Shown here: positions 27,291 through 37,805 of the stretch, piece by piece | How the letters are laid out: every line of letters starts with the position of its first letter | Position numbering within the stretch: the first letter of the stretch is position 1 | Assembly (NCBI GenBank): GCA_049521795.1 | Contig: JBEKOM010000003.1 | Span: 64,001 to 128,000 of the forward strand | Length of the DNA: 64,000 nt | Source of the DNA: Candidatus Bathyarchaeia archaeon | GTDB lineage: Archaea > Thermoproteota > Bathyarchaeia > Bathyarchaeales > Bathycorpusculaceae | Direction: 5' to 3' | The notes under the pieces: generated by a model | What the model was told of the DNA's origin: nothing | Databases searched by the model: none | The model's input: only the letters and a program-made list of their open reading frames with translations | Program-made: the position numbers and the translations under genes

Positions 27291-29570
27291 GTGCGCGTGA
27301 AGGTCAAGGTTACAGGCATCGTTCAAGGGGTAGGTTTCCGCCCCTTCATCTACCGAAGAGCGGTGCATCACTGGCTAACTGGATACGTTAGGAACCGCGG
27401 CGACGCTGGAGTAGAGATACTCTTAGAAGGCGAAGAGCAAGACATCAAGAACTTCTTGAAGGACCTGCAAGTGAAAAAGCCCCCGTTGGCCCAAATCCAC
27501 GAAATCATAGCGACGAAAATGGGGGGTAACAACGAATACCTGAGATTTGCAATCAAGAAAAGCTCTACCGAAACTGAGCTTGCGGGGTCAGTTATACCGC
27601 CTGACATAGCAATCTGTGACGACTGCCTGGGAGAGCTTCGAAACCCCGAAGACCCAAGATTCAATTACTTCTTTATCACGTGCACCAACTGCGGTCCAAG
27701 GTTCACGATAATCGAAAAACTGCCGTACGACCGAGAGAACACAACGATGCGCGAGTTTCCAATGTGCGGCTTTTGCCTGAAAGAATACGAAGACCCATTA
27801 AACAGGAGGTTCCACGCTCAAACTATAGCGTGTCCCGAATGCGGACCAAGAGCTTACCTGAAAACAGCGAACGGTAAACTCGTTGAACACAAGGACCCAG
27901 TTCGCGAAGCGGGCAGACTCTTGTCTGAGGGCAACGTCTTGGCAATCAAAGGTTATGGTGGCTTCCACGTTGCAGCGTCGACGACTGAAGAAAAACCCTT
28001 GGCTAGGCTTAGAGTGGTGAAGCATAGAAGCCAGAAACCCTTCGCCATAATGGCTCGAAGCATAGAGGCGATAAGAACCTTTGCAGAAGTAAGCAAGAAA
28101 GAAGAAGAACTGTTAACATCCTACTCCCGTCCAATAGTGCTTCTCAACAAGAAATATGATTTCCCTCTTTCTAACTTGCTTGCTCCTGAACTGCACAACG
28201 TCGGCGTGATGCTGCCCTACACGGGTCTTCACTACATGCTTTTCGACGACGTGAAAGATGCTGCGTTCGTGATGACAAGCGCGAACCCGCCTTACCAACC
28301 TATTATCAAAGACAATGATGCGGCCTTGAAAGGTCTATGTGGCACAGTCGACTATTTCCTGTTTCACGACCGACAGATAGCCCACAGATGCGACGACTCA
28401 GTACTGCGTACGCACGGTCAAAACACCGTTTTCATAAGACGCTCAAGAGGCTACGCCCCAGCCCCCTTAATGCTAAAAGAAAAAGCAAAGCACTGCGTGC
28501 TGGCGTTGGGAGGGGAACTGAACGACACCGCATGCGTGCTCAACGGGAACAAAGCTTTCATTTCACAACACATAGGCGATGCGGAAAACGTGGAGACCAG
28601 AAACTTCCTAGAAACAGCAGCTGAACATTTGATCCGCCTCACAAACAGTAAAGTCGACACTGTTGCTTGTGACTTGCACCCAAAGTTCACGACGACTGCG
28701 CTTGCTCACGAATTAGCTGCGGAAAAGGGTTGGAGACTGCTTCAGGTTCAGCATCACTACTCTCACATAGCCGGTTTGATGGTTGAAGGCAACGTAGAAG
28801 AAATGGTGGGCGTATGCTGCGACGGATACGGATTTGGTCCGGACGGCGAAGCATGGGGAGGCGAGATCCTGCTGTGCGCTAGAGAAGCCCCAGGGTTCAA
28901 ACGTTTGGCCCACCTTGAAAAACAGCCCTTAATCGGAGGAGACTTAGCCACTCATTACCCGCTGAGAGTTGCTGCAGGAATACTTCGTAGCAAAGCGAAC
29001 ATTGAAGATTGGCTCCTGCAGCGGAAACAGCACTTCCCACACGGAGAAAAGGAAATAGAAATAATCCTTCAACAACTCAAGAATCGAAAGGGCATAATCG
29101 AAACCACGAGCTGTGGCCGAGTGCTAGATGCTGTCTCAGCAGTCCTCGGCATATGCTACGAGCGCACTTATGAAGGAGAACCATCCATGAAACTTGAGTC
29201 CGTTGCAATGAAAGGCAAAGACGTGCTAAACCTGAACCCAATAATTGAAGGCGACACCCTGAACACGACACAAATTCTTGAAGAGATATTCGAAAACACA
29301 AGAAAGCATTCCAAACAAGATCTGGCTTACTCCACGCACGCCTACATAGCGAAAGGCTTGGCCGCGCTTGCTATAAAACAGGCAGACGAGAATGACGTGA
29401 GAACTATAGGGTTTTCAGGGGGAGTCGCATCCAACGAGATACTGACCAAGGCGATGCGAAAACAAGTTGAAGCTGCACACTTGCATTTTCTTGTGCATGA
29501 AATCGTTCCTCCAGGCGACGGAGGTCTGTCTTTCGGTCAAGCTGCCGTATCCGGCTTTTTTCAACCATGA
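27291..29570 (+). CDS. hypF: [NiFe]-hydrogenase maturation carbamoyltransferase
   Basis: GIVQGVGFRPF acylphosphatase domain, Zn fingers, RRSRGYAP, SQHIGD, QHH, PGDGGLSFGQ. Confidence 0.96.
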   Translation: MRVKVKVTGIVQGVGFRPFIYRRAVHHWLTGYVRNRGDAGVEILLEGEEQDIKNFLKDLQVKKPPLAQIHEIIATKMGGNNEYLRFAIKKSSTETELAGSVIPPDIAICDDCLGELRNPEDPRFNYFFITCTNCGPRFTIIEKLPYDRENTTMREFPMCGFCLKEYEDPLNRRFHAQTIACPECGPRAYLKTANGKLVEHKDPVREAGRLLSEGNVLAIKGYGGFHVAASTTEEKPLARLRVVKHRSQKPFAIMARSIEAIRTFAEVSKKEEELLTSYSRPIVLLNKKYDFPLSNLLAPELHNVGVMLPYTGLHYMLFDDVKDAAFVMTSANPPYQPIIKDNDAALKGLCGTVDYFLFHDRQIAHRCDDSVLRTHGQNTVFIRRSRGYAPAPLMLKEKAKHCVLALGGELNDTACVLNGNKAFISQHIGDAENVETRNFLETAAEHLIRLTNSKVDTVACDLHPKFTTTALAHELAAEKGWRLLQVQHHYSHIAGLMVEGNVEEMVGVCCDGYGFGPDGEAWGGEILLCAREAPGFKRLAHLEKQPLIGGDLATHYPLRVAAGILRSKANIEDWLLQRKQHFPHGEKEIEIILQQLKNRKGIIETTSCGRVLDAVSAVLGICYERTYEGEPSMKLESVAMKGKDVLNLNPIIEGDTLNTTQILEEIFENTRKHSKQDLAYSTHAYIAKGLAALAIKQADENDVRTIGFSGGVASNEILTKAMRKQVEAAHLHFLVHEIVPPGDGGLSFGQAAVSGFFQP

Positions 29571-29810
29571 ACCAGAACCGATGGCGCATCGGCAGGTCCG
29601 AAGATTCGAACAGCTACAGAGCAGAGACTCGTGTACACTTTGGAAGGTTTCCGGATTGGTAATCGTGTCTGTAGCGTTGACTCTCTTTGTAAGAGAGATT
29701 TTCAAGTCAAAAGAATAGACTTTAGAAGTAGAAAACCCTTCTTCAATGTCACTAACTTTATCAGCCTGCATCTTCCAACATTCATTGAACAAGAGTCTGA
29801 GAATCAAGAT

Positions 29811-30047
29811 ATGTGTTTGGCCATACCAGCTAAGGTTGTAAACCGCAAAGAAGACAAAGCTGAAGTTGACTTTGGTGAAGGAGTTCTGAGGGAAGTCAAC
29901 GTCACCCTTGTAGAAGCAAAAGTAGGAGACTACGTCTTGGTGCATGCTGGCTATGCAATCCAGGTTTTGGATGAGAAAGAGGCTTTGGAAACACTGCAAC
30001 TGTGGAATGAGATTCTTGGAGCCGAAGCCGTGACTGGGCAACGATGA
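29811..30047 (+). CDS. hypC: Hydrogenase chaperone HypC
   Basis: MCLAIPAKV...VGDYVLVHAGYAI; true start ATG 29811. Confidence 0.95.
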   Translation: MCLAIPAKVVNRKEDKAEVDFGEGVLREVNVTLVEAKVGDYVLVHAGYAIQVLDEKEALETLQLWNEILGAEAVTGQR

Positions 30048-30066
30048 GAAGCAAGTTGAAAAGACA

Positions 30067-31146
30067 ATGGCCGAAAAGTCAAGGTTCAGAGATCCAGAAC
30101 TCGCGAAGCAAGTTTCAGATAAGATAGGTGAAATCGCCCCCAAAGAAGGCACTGTCAAGATCTGCCACGTATGCGGTACGCATGAGTGGACAATTACGCA
30201 CTACGGACTGCGGAGTCTCTTGCCAAAGAACGTGGAAGTCATAGCCGGTCCAGGCTGTCCGGTTTGCATCGTTCCGGCTTCAGAGATAGATGAGGCAATC
30301 GAGCTCGCCTTGAAAGGAATAGTAATCACATGCTTCGGTGACCTTTTCCGTGTTCCAGGTTCAAAGATGTCGCTTCTGGATGCCAAATCGAGAGGTGCAG
30401 ACGTCCGAATCGTCTACGGCATCGGCGACGCAGTGCAAATGACCATAAACGAGCCTGACAAGGAGTTCGCGTTTTTCGCCGTAGGGTTTGAAACCACATC
30501 CCCATCAACAGCGGTCGAAATAGCTGGAAAACCACCGGAAAACATCAGCTTCTTGATTTCTCACCGCACGATCCCGCCGGCAATGAAACTACTGGTCGAA
30601 ATGGAAGACTTGAGCCTGAACGGTTTCATAGCTCCAGGCCACGTGAGCACGATAATCGGACTGAAACCCTACGAGATTTTCCCACAAGACTACGCTATGC
30701 CTGTTGTGGTGGCCGGGTTCGAACCCTTAGACCTCATGTTTGGAATCTACATGGTGCTAAAACAGTTGAACGAAGGCAAGCCGAAACTGGAAAACGAGTA
30801 CCTCCGAGCTGTGAACAGAGAAGGAAACTTAAGAGCGCAGGAAGTGATGGGCAAAGTTTTCTCCACAGTGGATGGCGCATGGCGTGGGCTGGGCACGATT
30901 CCCCTCTCTAAATACACGCTTAGAAACGAATATTCGAAGTATGACGCGCACGTGAAGTACGGCGTGCATGTGGAGAAGGGCGTCGACATGCAGCACGGCT
31001 GCAGATGCCACCTTGTCGTGATCGGAAAGATAAGACCGACTGAATGTCCACTGTTCATGAAGGCTTGCACTCCTCAAAGACCAGTGGGCGCCTGCATGGT
31101 CAGTGTTGAGGGAACGTGCAGGATATGGGCGAGAGCAGAATACTGA
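30067..31146 (+). CDS. hypD: Hydrogenase maturation protein HypD
   Basis: VCGTH, GPGCPVC, GFETT, PGHVS, GACMVSVEGTC. Confidence 0.96.
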   Translation: MAEKSRFRDPELAKQVSDKIGEIAPKEGTVKICHVCGTHEWTITHYGLRSLLPKNVEVIAGPGCPVCIVPASEIDEAIELALKGIVITCFGDLFRVPGSKMSLLDAKSRGADVRIVYGIGDAVQMTINEPDKEFAFFAVGFETTSPSTAVEIAGKPPENISFLISHRTIPPAMKLLVEMEDLSLNGFIAPGHVSTIIGLKPYEIFPQDYAMPVVVAGFEPLDLMFGIYMVLKQLNEGKPKLENEYLRAVNREGNLRAQEVMGKVFSTVDGAWRGLGTIPLSKYTLRNEYSKYDAHVKYGVHVEKGVDMQHGCRCHLVVIGKIRPTECPLFMKACTPQRPVGACMVSVEGTCRIWARAEY

Positions 31147-31214
31147 TTTTGTCGCTGTTGTCAAGAAAAGCTTTTATCGGAATAGGCTGAAAACTGCGTG
31201 TGAGGTAAAATCAA

Positions 31215-31847
31215 ATGACACTTGAGACAGACAAAAGCTTAGGCGGAGTAGGAGCAATACTGCTGGTCATCGGCACCATACCGTTCGCAGGGTTCTACAC
31301 AGGCATCCTCGCCATCGTCGGCCTAATACTTGTTCTAATATCTCTGAAGGGTTTATCAAGCTACTACAGCGAATCAGGCATATTCAACAATGCACTCTAC
31401 GCTTTTATCATAGCGATCGTCGGCGGAATTGTCTCCATCGTTGCAATCGTGACTGCAGCCATTGGGTTCTTGGATAAGATAGGATTCCACCCGTCCAATT
31501 GGACAGACCCGACGGTGTGGCGAAATTTCAACTGGTCAAACATCAGTTGGGACACCGTCTCGCCCTACATCGCTGCTATCGTGCTGAGTCTAGTGATGCT
31601 CTTTGTTTTCGCCATCGTCACAGCCATCTTCCTTAGAAGATCACTGAACAGTCTTTCATCAAAGAGCGGAGTCGGCATGTTTGGCACAGCAGGATTAATG
31701 ATCCTGATAGGAGCTGTCCTGACAATTATCCTAGTCGGTTTCATAATCCTCTGGGTTGCCATGATACTGCTGGCGGTTGCATTCTTCTCTATCAAAACTC
31801 AGGCCGCGCAGCCAACTGCACCTGGACCCCCACCCGCGCAACGCTAA
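31215..31847 (+). CDS. DUF996-type membrane protein
   Basis: LGGVGAIL...SLKGLSSYYSESGIFNNALY...LSSKSGVGMFGTAG; BRE/TATA GAAAAGCTTTTAT upstream. Confidence 0.75.
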   Translation: MTLETDKSLGGVGAILLVIGTIPFAGFYTGILAIVGLILVLISLKGLSSYYSESGIFNNALYAFIIAIVGGIVSIVAIVTAAIGFLDKIGFHPSNWTDPTVWRNFNWSNISWDTVSPYIAAIVLSLVMLFVFAIVTAIFLRRSLNSLSSKSGVGMFGTAGLMILIGAVLTIILVGFIILWVAMILLAVAFFSIKTQAAQPTAPGPPPAQR

Positions 31848-31908
31848 ACAAGCTATTCGCGTACATTTTCCCCATTTTTTAAAACCTGACTTACGTCTAC
31901 GTTTCACT

Positions 31909-32988
31909 CTAACATATTCTGGGAACAGGGTCTCCCAGAGGGCGAGATATGAATCTCTTGCCTCCGACTGCTGTCTGCATTGCCACGCCTTTCATATTGG
32001 CGACGACGCTGCCGATTATCTCAGCGTCTCTTCCTTCCTCAGTTTCCCTCAGCAAATGCAGGATCTCTAGGGCCTTTTCCTTCACAGCGCCGATGATCAT
32101 CTTTCCCTCGTTCCCAATCTCGAAGGGGTCCAACCCCAACATTTCACAGGCCACTCTCACATCTTCTCTGATGGGAACTTTGTCTTCACCAACAAGGATG
32201 CCGACGTGCGATTTTTCGCCAAATTCGTTGAGCGCGTCAGCCAAACCTCCTCTGGTCGGGTCTTTCATCGCCACCACTCCGCCCACCTCCTTGAGCACAC
32301 GCTGGACCAAACGGTTCAGAGGCTTAACATCAGACATTATCCCGCTGCCGAAGCTCAAGCCTTTTTGAGCAGACAAAACAGCCAAGCCATGGTCGCCGAT
32401 CGTTCCTGACAAGATTATCTTATCGCCAGCAGCAAGGTTTCCGTCTAGAATCCAGCGGGATTTGAAATCGTTCCTAAACTGTTTTACAACCTTCAGGTTC
32501 TCGTCCAACGCCGCGGTTCTTCGACCGATCCCCGAAGTGCTTATGACACAGCCCCCCAAGCTTCCCTTCTCAACAACCTTCGTGTCACCTGTAACGATGT
32601 TAACTCCGGCCTCCATGCACGCCTGCCGCATGCTGACTAAGATTCTTTCAAAATCACCTATAGCCAATCCTTCTTCCAGGATGAAACCACAAGCCAACGC
32701 AAACGGTTCGCCGCCCAGCATCGCAATGTCGTTCACTGTGCCACACACTGACAAACGTCCGATGTCGCCTCCGGGAAAGAATATCGGCTTCACAGCATGA
32801 GAATCACTCTTGAAAACTACGCCGTCTACAACAGCGGCGTCGTCCATGGCCTCAAGCGGCACCTCAATACCGCTTGCACCGCCAAAGTACTTGACAACAT
32901 AATTTTTGACCAAATCGTGCATGACCGTTCCGCCGGCACCATGCAACATAGTGATGCACTCATTTTTGTCTAACAAGCTTCCGTCCAT
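31909..32988 (-). CDS. hypE: Hydrogenase maturation dehydratase HypE
   Basis: HGAGG, FFPGGDIGRL, GDTKVV, DPTRGG, C-terminal PRIC. Confidence 0.95.
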   Translation of the reverse strand: MDGSLLDKNECITMLHGAGGTVMHDLVKNYVVKYFGGASGIEVPLEAMDDAAVVDGVVFKSDSHAVKPIFFPGGDIGRLSVCGTVNDIAMLGGEPFALACGFILEEGLAIGDFERILVSMRQACMEAGVNIVTGDTKVVEKGSLGGCVISTSGIGRRTAALDENLKVVKQFRNDFKSRWILDGNLAAGDKIILSGTIGDHGLAVLSAQKGLSFGSGIMSDVKPLNRLVQRVLKEVGGVVAMKDPTRGGLADALNEFGEKSHVGILVGEDKVPIREDVRVACEMLGLDPFEIGNEGKMIIGAVKEKALEILHLLRETEEGRDAEIIGSVVANMKGVAMQTAVGGKRFISRPLGDPVPRIC

Positions 32989-33223
32989 CCGTGAACTATG
33001 AGTTAGGTAACCTTAAGAGACAAACATAAACACATCGTAGGAAACGTCATCAAATAGGGCGTTTCGGAACGGGCTGAAAAAGGTAATGCCAAATGAAGGC
33101 GGCCTTCAACGTCAAGATCATCATCCGCTGCATCGTCCTCAGATTTGGAAAGGAAAATCCTTGAGGCAAAATAAAAGGGTCTGGCGGGTTTAAATTGATT
33201 TTGAACCGTTTATGTTGAAGGAA

Positions 33224-33236
33224 AACCATATAAATC
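33224..33236 (+). promoter_or_regulatory. Putative BRE/TATA of the ribosomal protein operon
   Basis: AAACCATATAAAT about 40 nt upstream of the rpl22 start. Confidence 0.5.
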
Positions 33237-33276
33237 ACTGTACCGCTGTTGAATTGCACAACTGGAGAAATATGAA

Positions 33277-33765
33277 GTGCCAAAATGGGGATACTCCATA
33301 GCAGAAGAAGAGCTGGATCCGGAGAAGACGGTGAAAGCAAGCGCACGAGAGATCAGAGTATCCCACAAATCGGCCCGAGAAGTATGTAAGACAATAAAAG
33401 GAATGATGCTGACTCAGGCTAAGCAGTACCTCAGAGATGTTATTGCTAAGAAGAAGCCTGTTCCCTACAGGAGGTTCACGAAGAAGCTGGGTCACCGCCA
33501 CGGCTTGGAAAAAGCTTTTGCGGGCAGATACCCCGTGAAAACAGCATCACAAATTCTCAAGTTACTTGAAGGGGCTGAGGCAAATGCCGAAAACAAAGGA
33601 CTAGACACGGATAGGTTGCGCATCATCCATGCAGCTACGAGTCAAGGGATGAAAGTGAAGCGGTTTCAGCCAAGAGCCCAAGGAAGAACGACGCCAGACT
33701 TTGACACTCCAACACACGTTGAAATAGCTCTTGAAGAGCAAGCGGAGAGGAGAGAACAAGCCTAG
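33277..33765 (+). CDS. rpl22: 50S ribosomal protein uL22
   Basis: MPKWGYS...VSHKSAREVC...GRYPVK...AENKGLD. Confidence 0.96.
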   Translation: MPKWGYSIAEEELDPEKTVKASAREIRVSHKSAREVCKTIKGMMLTQAKQYLRDVIAKKKPVPYRRFTKKLGHRHGLEKAFAGRYPVKTASQILKLLEGAEANAENKGLDTDRLRIIHAATSQGMKVKRFQPRAQGRTTPDFDTPTHVEIALEEQAERREQA

Positions 33766-34523
33766 TGTCCGTTGTCAAACACTTTATAACAGAGTCTATA
33801 AAGAAGACAGAAATCGACGAGTACCTGCAGAAGAAACTCGACAGAGCAGGATACGGCGGCGTAGCCATATCCAAGACTCCGCTTGGAACCCACATAGTAA
33901 TTTACGCGATGCGCCCGGGCCTTGTCATAGGCCGAGGTGGAGAAACAATAAGAGAGCTTGCAAGCTTCTTGGAAGAAAAGTTCAAAGTTTCAAACCCGCA
34001 GATTTCTGTTTCTGAGATCGAGGTTCCAGAGTTAAATGCTTACGTTGTTGCTTCTCGCGTCGCCTCAGCCTTGCAGAGGGGCGTGCACTTCAGACGCGCC
34101 GGTTTCTGGTCTCTGAACCAGGTCATGGAAGCAGGAGCCCTAGGCGCAGAGATAATAATCAGCGGCAAACTTAGGACCGAAAGAGCGAGATTTGAAAAAT
34201 TCCGAGCTGGCTACCTGGTGAAGTGCGGAGAACCGGCGCTGAAGTACATGCAGAGAGCGGAGGTTCATGTGCAACTGAAACCAGGCGTGTTCGGCGTGAG
34301 AGTCAAAATAATGCCTCCAGACGCGGTGTTTCCGGATAAGCTTCACATAATTGAAAATCTCCCACCAGAAGAGGAAACGACAGAAAAAGAGAGCGTGCAG
34401 GAAGCCAAGGTTGAAGAAGCGAAACCTGAAGAGGCGAAGACCGAAGAAGCAGAGACCGAAGAGCCAGGGGCCGAAGAAGCAGGTGCGAAAGACGTGGGAG
34501 AAGAAGGGGAGGCAGCTGAATAA
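33765..34523 (+). CDS. rps3: 30S ribosomal protein uS3 with acidic tail
   Basis: RAGYGG, RPGLVIGRGG KH domain, IISGKL, KPGVFGVRVKIM. Confidence 0.96.
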   Translation: MSVVKHFITESIKKTEIDEYLQKKLDRAGYGGVAISKTPLGTHIVIYAMRPGLVIGRGGETIRELASFLEEKFKVSNPQISVSEIEVPELNAYVVASRVASALQRGVHFRRAGFWSLNQVMEAGALGAEIIISGKLRTERARFEKFRAGYLVKCGEPALKYMQRAEVHVQLKPGVFGVRVKIMPPDAVFPDKLHIIENLPPEEETTEKESVQEAKVEEAKPEEAKTEEAETEEPGAEEAGAKDVGEEGEAAE

Positions 34524-34762
34524 TGCCCTTGATCCGAGTCAAAGAAATACGGGACATGTCCTCAGAAGACAGGTCTAAGAGACTCGGTGAGTTCAGGACA
34601 GACCTTCTGAGGTTGAGAATCATGATCAAGGCGGGTGGCACGATCGAAAACCCCGCCCGAGTGAAAGAATTACGCAAAGCGATAGCCAAGATACTCACGA
34701 TAGAACAAGAACAGAAGCTCGGGATAAGAAAAGCAGAGTCTGAGAGGAAGAAAAAGAAATGA
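34523..34762 (+). CDS. rpl29: 50S ribosomal protein uL29
   Basis: KEIRDMS...ENPARVKELRKAIAKILT. Confidence 0.94.
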   Translation: MPLIRVKEIRDMSSEDRSKRLGEFRTDLLRLRIMIKAGGTIENPARVKELRKAIAKILTIEQEQKLGIRKAESERKKKK

Positions 34763-35040
34763 AGGTGACGCCAGACATCATCCGATGCGAGTTCATCGGA
34801 ACTGAAGCCGAGGTTGGCAAGAGCAGCCATAACGGATACGTCGGAATATCTGGCCAAATAATAGACGAAACTCGGAACACTTTCACGATCGCGTGTCATG
34901 GAAAAAGAAAGGCTGTTCCAAAGGGCTCAAGCACCTTCAGATTTGAGTTTACTGACGGTACGGTTGTTGAAATCGAAGGAAGAATCCTTGTCGGAAGACC
35001 TGAGGACCGGTTGAAGAAACGTGTTAGGAGATTATGGTAA
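34759..35040 (+). CDS. rnp1: RNase P protein Rpp29/POP4
   Basis: EFIG, GQIIDETRNT, VPK, GRPEDRLKK; conserved operon position. Confidence 0.92.
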   Translation: MKVTPDIIRCEFIGTEAEVGKSSHNGYVGISGQIIDETRNTFTIACHGKRKAVPKGSSTFRFEFTDGTVVEIEGRILVGRPEDRLKKRVRRLW

Positions 35041-35357
35041 TGTCGCTGACTTTTAAGAAGCCTAAGAAGACCTGCGACGACATAAACTGTCCGTTCCATG
35101 GAGAACTGCCGATAAGAGGCCACGTTCTGGAAGGAGTCGTAGTCAGCGCAAAAATGGACAAGACGATTGTCGTGGAACGCGATTACCTTTTATACGTGCC
35201 CAAGTTCAAGAGGTACGAAAGAAGACACAGTCGCATTCCATCACACAAACCACCGTGCATCGACGTTAAAGAAGGAGACCACGTGATCATAGCAGAAAGC
35301 CGCCCGATAAGCAAGACAGTTGGATTTGTGGTAGTTGAAAAAACAGAGGAGAAGTAG
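35034..35357 (+). CDS. rps17: 30S ribosomal protein uS17
   Basis: [24 protein letters not shown]. Confidence 0.96.
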   Translation: MVMSLTFKKPKKTCDDINCPFHGELPIRGHVLEGVVVSAKMDKTIVVERDYLLYVPKFKRYERRHSRIPSHKPPCIDVKEGDHVIIAESRPISKTVGFVVVEKTEEK

Positions 35358-35359
35358 GG

Positions 35360-35800
35360 ATGGCTGCAAAGGCAAAGCAAAGGGCGCTCGTCGCAAGAGG
35401 AATGCTCGGGCACGGGCCCAAGCTGTCAAGAGGGCTTCAGCCGCCGGCCATGTTGAAATGTGCTGACAACACGGGTGCAAGGATGCTTCGGCTGGTTCAG
35501 GTCATGGGCTACAAGGGCAGGCTTAGGCGTTACCCATCCGCAACAGTAGGAGACAAGATAACCGTCTCTGTGAGACACGGAACTCCGGACATGAGGAAGA
35601 AGATCTTCCAAGCAGTGATCGTGAGACAGAGGAAGCCATTCCGAAGGGTCGAGGGAGTCTGGGTTCAGTTTGAAGACAATGCAGCGGTTATAATAACTCC
35701 TGAGGGGGAAATGAAAGGTTCAGAGATTCGCGGTCCCGTGGCAAAAGAGGCTGCTGAGAGGTGGCCACGGATTGCCAGCGCCTCCAGCATAATAGCCTAG
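35360..35800 (+). CDS. rpl14: 50S ribosomal protein uL14
   Basis: [26 protein letters not shown]. Confidence 0.96.
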   Translation: MAAKAKQRALVARGMLGHGPKLSRGLQPPAMLKCADNTGARMLRLVQVMGYKGRLRRYPSATVGDKITVSVRHGTPDMRKKIFQAVIVRQRKPFRRVEGVWVQFEDNAAVIITPEGEMKGSEIRGPVAKEAAERWPRIASASSIIA

Positions 35801-35811
35801 GAACGTAGAAC

Positions 35812-36489
35812 ATGCAAACACCAAAACCATTGACGAAACCAACAAAGCAAAGAAAAATGCTACGTGACGCGCCGGCTCATGTACGGCACAGGCTTCTTGC
35901 AGCGCATCTTTCCCAGAGCCTCAGGGCCCAACACGACGTCAGGAGCCTTGCAGTGAGGAGCGGAGACACAGTTCGCGTTATGAGAGGAGACCATCGAGGA
36001 GTCGAAGGAAAGGTCACCCGCGTGAACTTAGCAAAATACAGGGTCTACGTTGAAGGGTTGACACGCGAAAAAGTTGACGGAACAACAGTGTTCCTTCCAG
36101 TGCACCCGTCCAAAGTTATAATCACACGTTTGAACCTCGACGACAAGTGGCGAAAGAAAATCTTGGAGACAAAGAGGGAAGGACGAAAGAAGCCAGAAAA
36201 GGCCGTGGAGGAGCCAGAGGCTAGACCTGCAGAAGAGCCGAAGGAAGTTGCGAAAGTGGAGGAAGCTGTGAAAACGGTGGAAGCGGTGGAAGAGAAGCCG
36301 GCTCCTAAGGAGAAAGCTCCTAGGAAGAGAATCACGAGGACAAAGAGGAAAACACCTGCAAAGAAGGTCTCAGAAAAGACGAAGCCCGAAACCATAGTGA
36401 CTAAAGAAGAAGAGAAGCCGAAACCAAAGAGAAAAACCACCCGCAGCCCACGCAAGACTGCCAAGAAAACTGAAGAAGAGGGACAATGA
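35812..36489 (+). CDS. rpl24: 50S ribosomal protein uL24 with long charged tail
   Basis: KQRK..AP.H.R, RSGDTVRVMRGD, VHPSKVII. Confidence 0.94.
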   Translation: MQTPKPLTKPTKQRKMLRDAPAHVRHRLLAAHLSQSLRAQHDVRSLAVRSGDTVRVMRGDHRGVEGKVTRVNLAKYRVYVEGLTREKVDGTTVFLPVHPSKVIITRLNLDDKWRKKILETKREGRKKPEKAVEEPEARPAEEPKEVAKVEEAVKTVEAVEEKPAPKEKAPRKRITRTKRKTPAKKVSEKTKPETIVTKEEEKPKPKRKTTRSPRKTAKKTEEEGQ

Positions 36490-37250
36490 GCATGGGCGGA
36501 AAGGAGAAGTCTTCAGGACTGAAACGCAAGCCGGCCCCAAGGTTCTGGCCGATTCACAGGAAAGAGTTTGTATGGGCCGTGAACCCCGCGTCAGGGCCTC
36601 ATTCACTCGAAGGATGCATGCCCCTAGCAATTGTTTTACGCGATGTTCTAGGATTCGCCGAAACGCGGAAAGAGGCGAAGACGATTGTCGCTCAAGGGAA
36701 GGTCTACGTAGACGGAAAAGTGAGGCGAAGAGACGATTTCCCCGTCGGCTTGATGGACGTTATTTCAGTGCCTGAAATGGGCAAGAGCTTCTGCACGCTG
36801 CCTTCTTATAAAGGCCTGATCCTGAACCCGATCAACGATGAAGAGGCGAAGTTCAAGCTTTTCCGGATAGAAGACAAGACGGTTGTCAAAAGGGGACAGG
36901 TGCAGCTTCACCTTCATGATGGCTCAAACCTGATGATCCAGGTTGCTGACCAAAAAAACCCGAAGGAAGACGTTTTCGGTACACTTGACACGCTGAAGTT
37001 AAGCGTTCCAGAGAAGCAGATACTCGAACACGCAAGGATGAAAGAAAAAGCGTACGCGATCATAACCGGTGGAAAGAACGTTGGAAAGTTCGGGAGAATA
37101 GTTGAGATCGAAAAGTCAGAAGGAAAAAAGCGTAGGAACGCGCTTGTGACGATCGAGAATGCGAAAGGGGCGCGCTACCAAACAACGCTGGATTTCGTCT
37201 TTGCGCTAGGTGAGGCACAGCCTCTCGTCTCGTTGCCGGAGGCAGACTGA
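36486..37250 (+). CDS. rps4e: 30S ribosomal protein eS4
   Basis: LKRKPAPRFWPI, GPHS, FPVGLMDVIS, GGKNVG. Confidence 0.96.
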   Translation: MSMGGKEKSSGLKRKPAPRFWPIHRKEFVWAVNPASGPHSLEGCMPLAIVLRDVLGFAETRKEAKTIVAQGKVYVDGKVRRRDDFPVGLMDVISVPEMGKSFCTLPSYKGLILNPINDEEAKFKLFRIEDKTVVKRGQVQLHLHDGSNLMIQVADQKNPKEDVFGTLDTLKLSVPEKQILEHARMKEKAYAIITGGKNVGKFGRIVEIEKSEGKKRRNALVTIENAKGARYQTTLDFVFALGEAQPLVSLPEAD

Positions 37251-37251
37251 C

Positions 37252-37794
37252 TTGTCCGAAGACGAGGTTCGCAAGAAATGGGAAACGCAGCCAATGCTCA
37301 AACCAAGGATAGAAAAAGTCGTGGTCAACATCAGCGTTGGAAAGTCTGGTGAACCTCTGGAGAAAGCCGTAAGAGTCTTGAAGGAAATAACGGGTCAAAC
37401 TCCGTGTAGGAGAAGGGCGAAGGACAGTGTAAGAGACTTTGGCATCAGAAAAGGAGAATCGATAGCCTGCATCGCAACGCTGAGAAAAGAAAAAGCGATT
37501 GAATTCTTGAACAAGGTCTTGCCGGTCGTTGACAAGAAGCTTTCCAGCAAGAGTTTCGACAGACAGGGCAACTTTTCCTTCGGTCTAAAAGAACACATTG
37601 AGCTGCCAGGAGTAAAATACGACCCCGACGTCGGAATATTCGGCATGGACATCTGCGTGTCGGTCATCCGGCCAGGCTACCGAGTTAAGACAAGAAGGAA
37701 ACAAAGGAGCAAGATTGGCGCCAGGCACGTTCTGACACCCGAGGCCTCTATCGTGTTCGCCAAGGATACCTTAGGCGTGGAAATCACTGAATAG
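37252..37794 (+). CDS. rpl5: 50S ribosomal protein uL5
   Basis: [35 protein letters not shown]; TTG start at 37252. Confidence 0.95.
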   Translation: MSEDEVRKKWETQPMLKPRIEKVVVNISVGKSGEPLEKAVRVLKEITGQTPCRRRAKDSVRDFGIRKGESIACIATLRKEKAIEFLNKVLPVVDKKLSSKSFDRQGNFSFGLKEHIELPGVKYDPDVGIFGMDICVSVIRPGYRVKTRRKQRSKIGARHVLTPEASIVFAKDTLGVEITE

Positions 37795-37805
37795 GTGGAC
37801 GGCAA

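Noticed and set aside
29415-30158. 247-aa minus-strand ORF and the 5' extension of hypC to 29631
   Set aside because: Overlaps hypF/hypC/hypD antisense. HypC requires the N-terminal MC, so the start is 29811.
27291-32988. hyp genes without hydrogenase structural genes
   Set aside because: Dispersed hyp genes are normal in archaea; structural genes probably lie outside the window.
33000-33277. Absence of L3-L4-L23-L2-S19 upstream of rpl22
   Set aside because: Fragmentation of the S10 cluster is common in TACK archaea.
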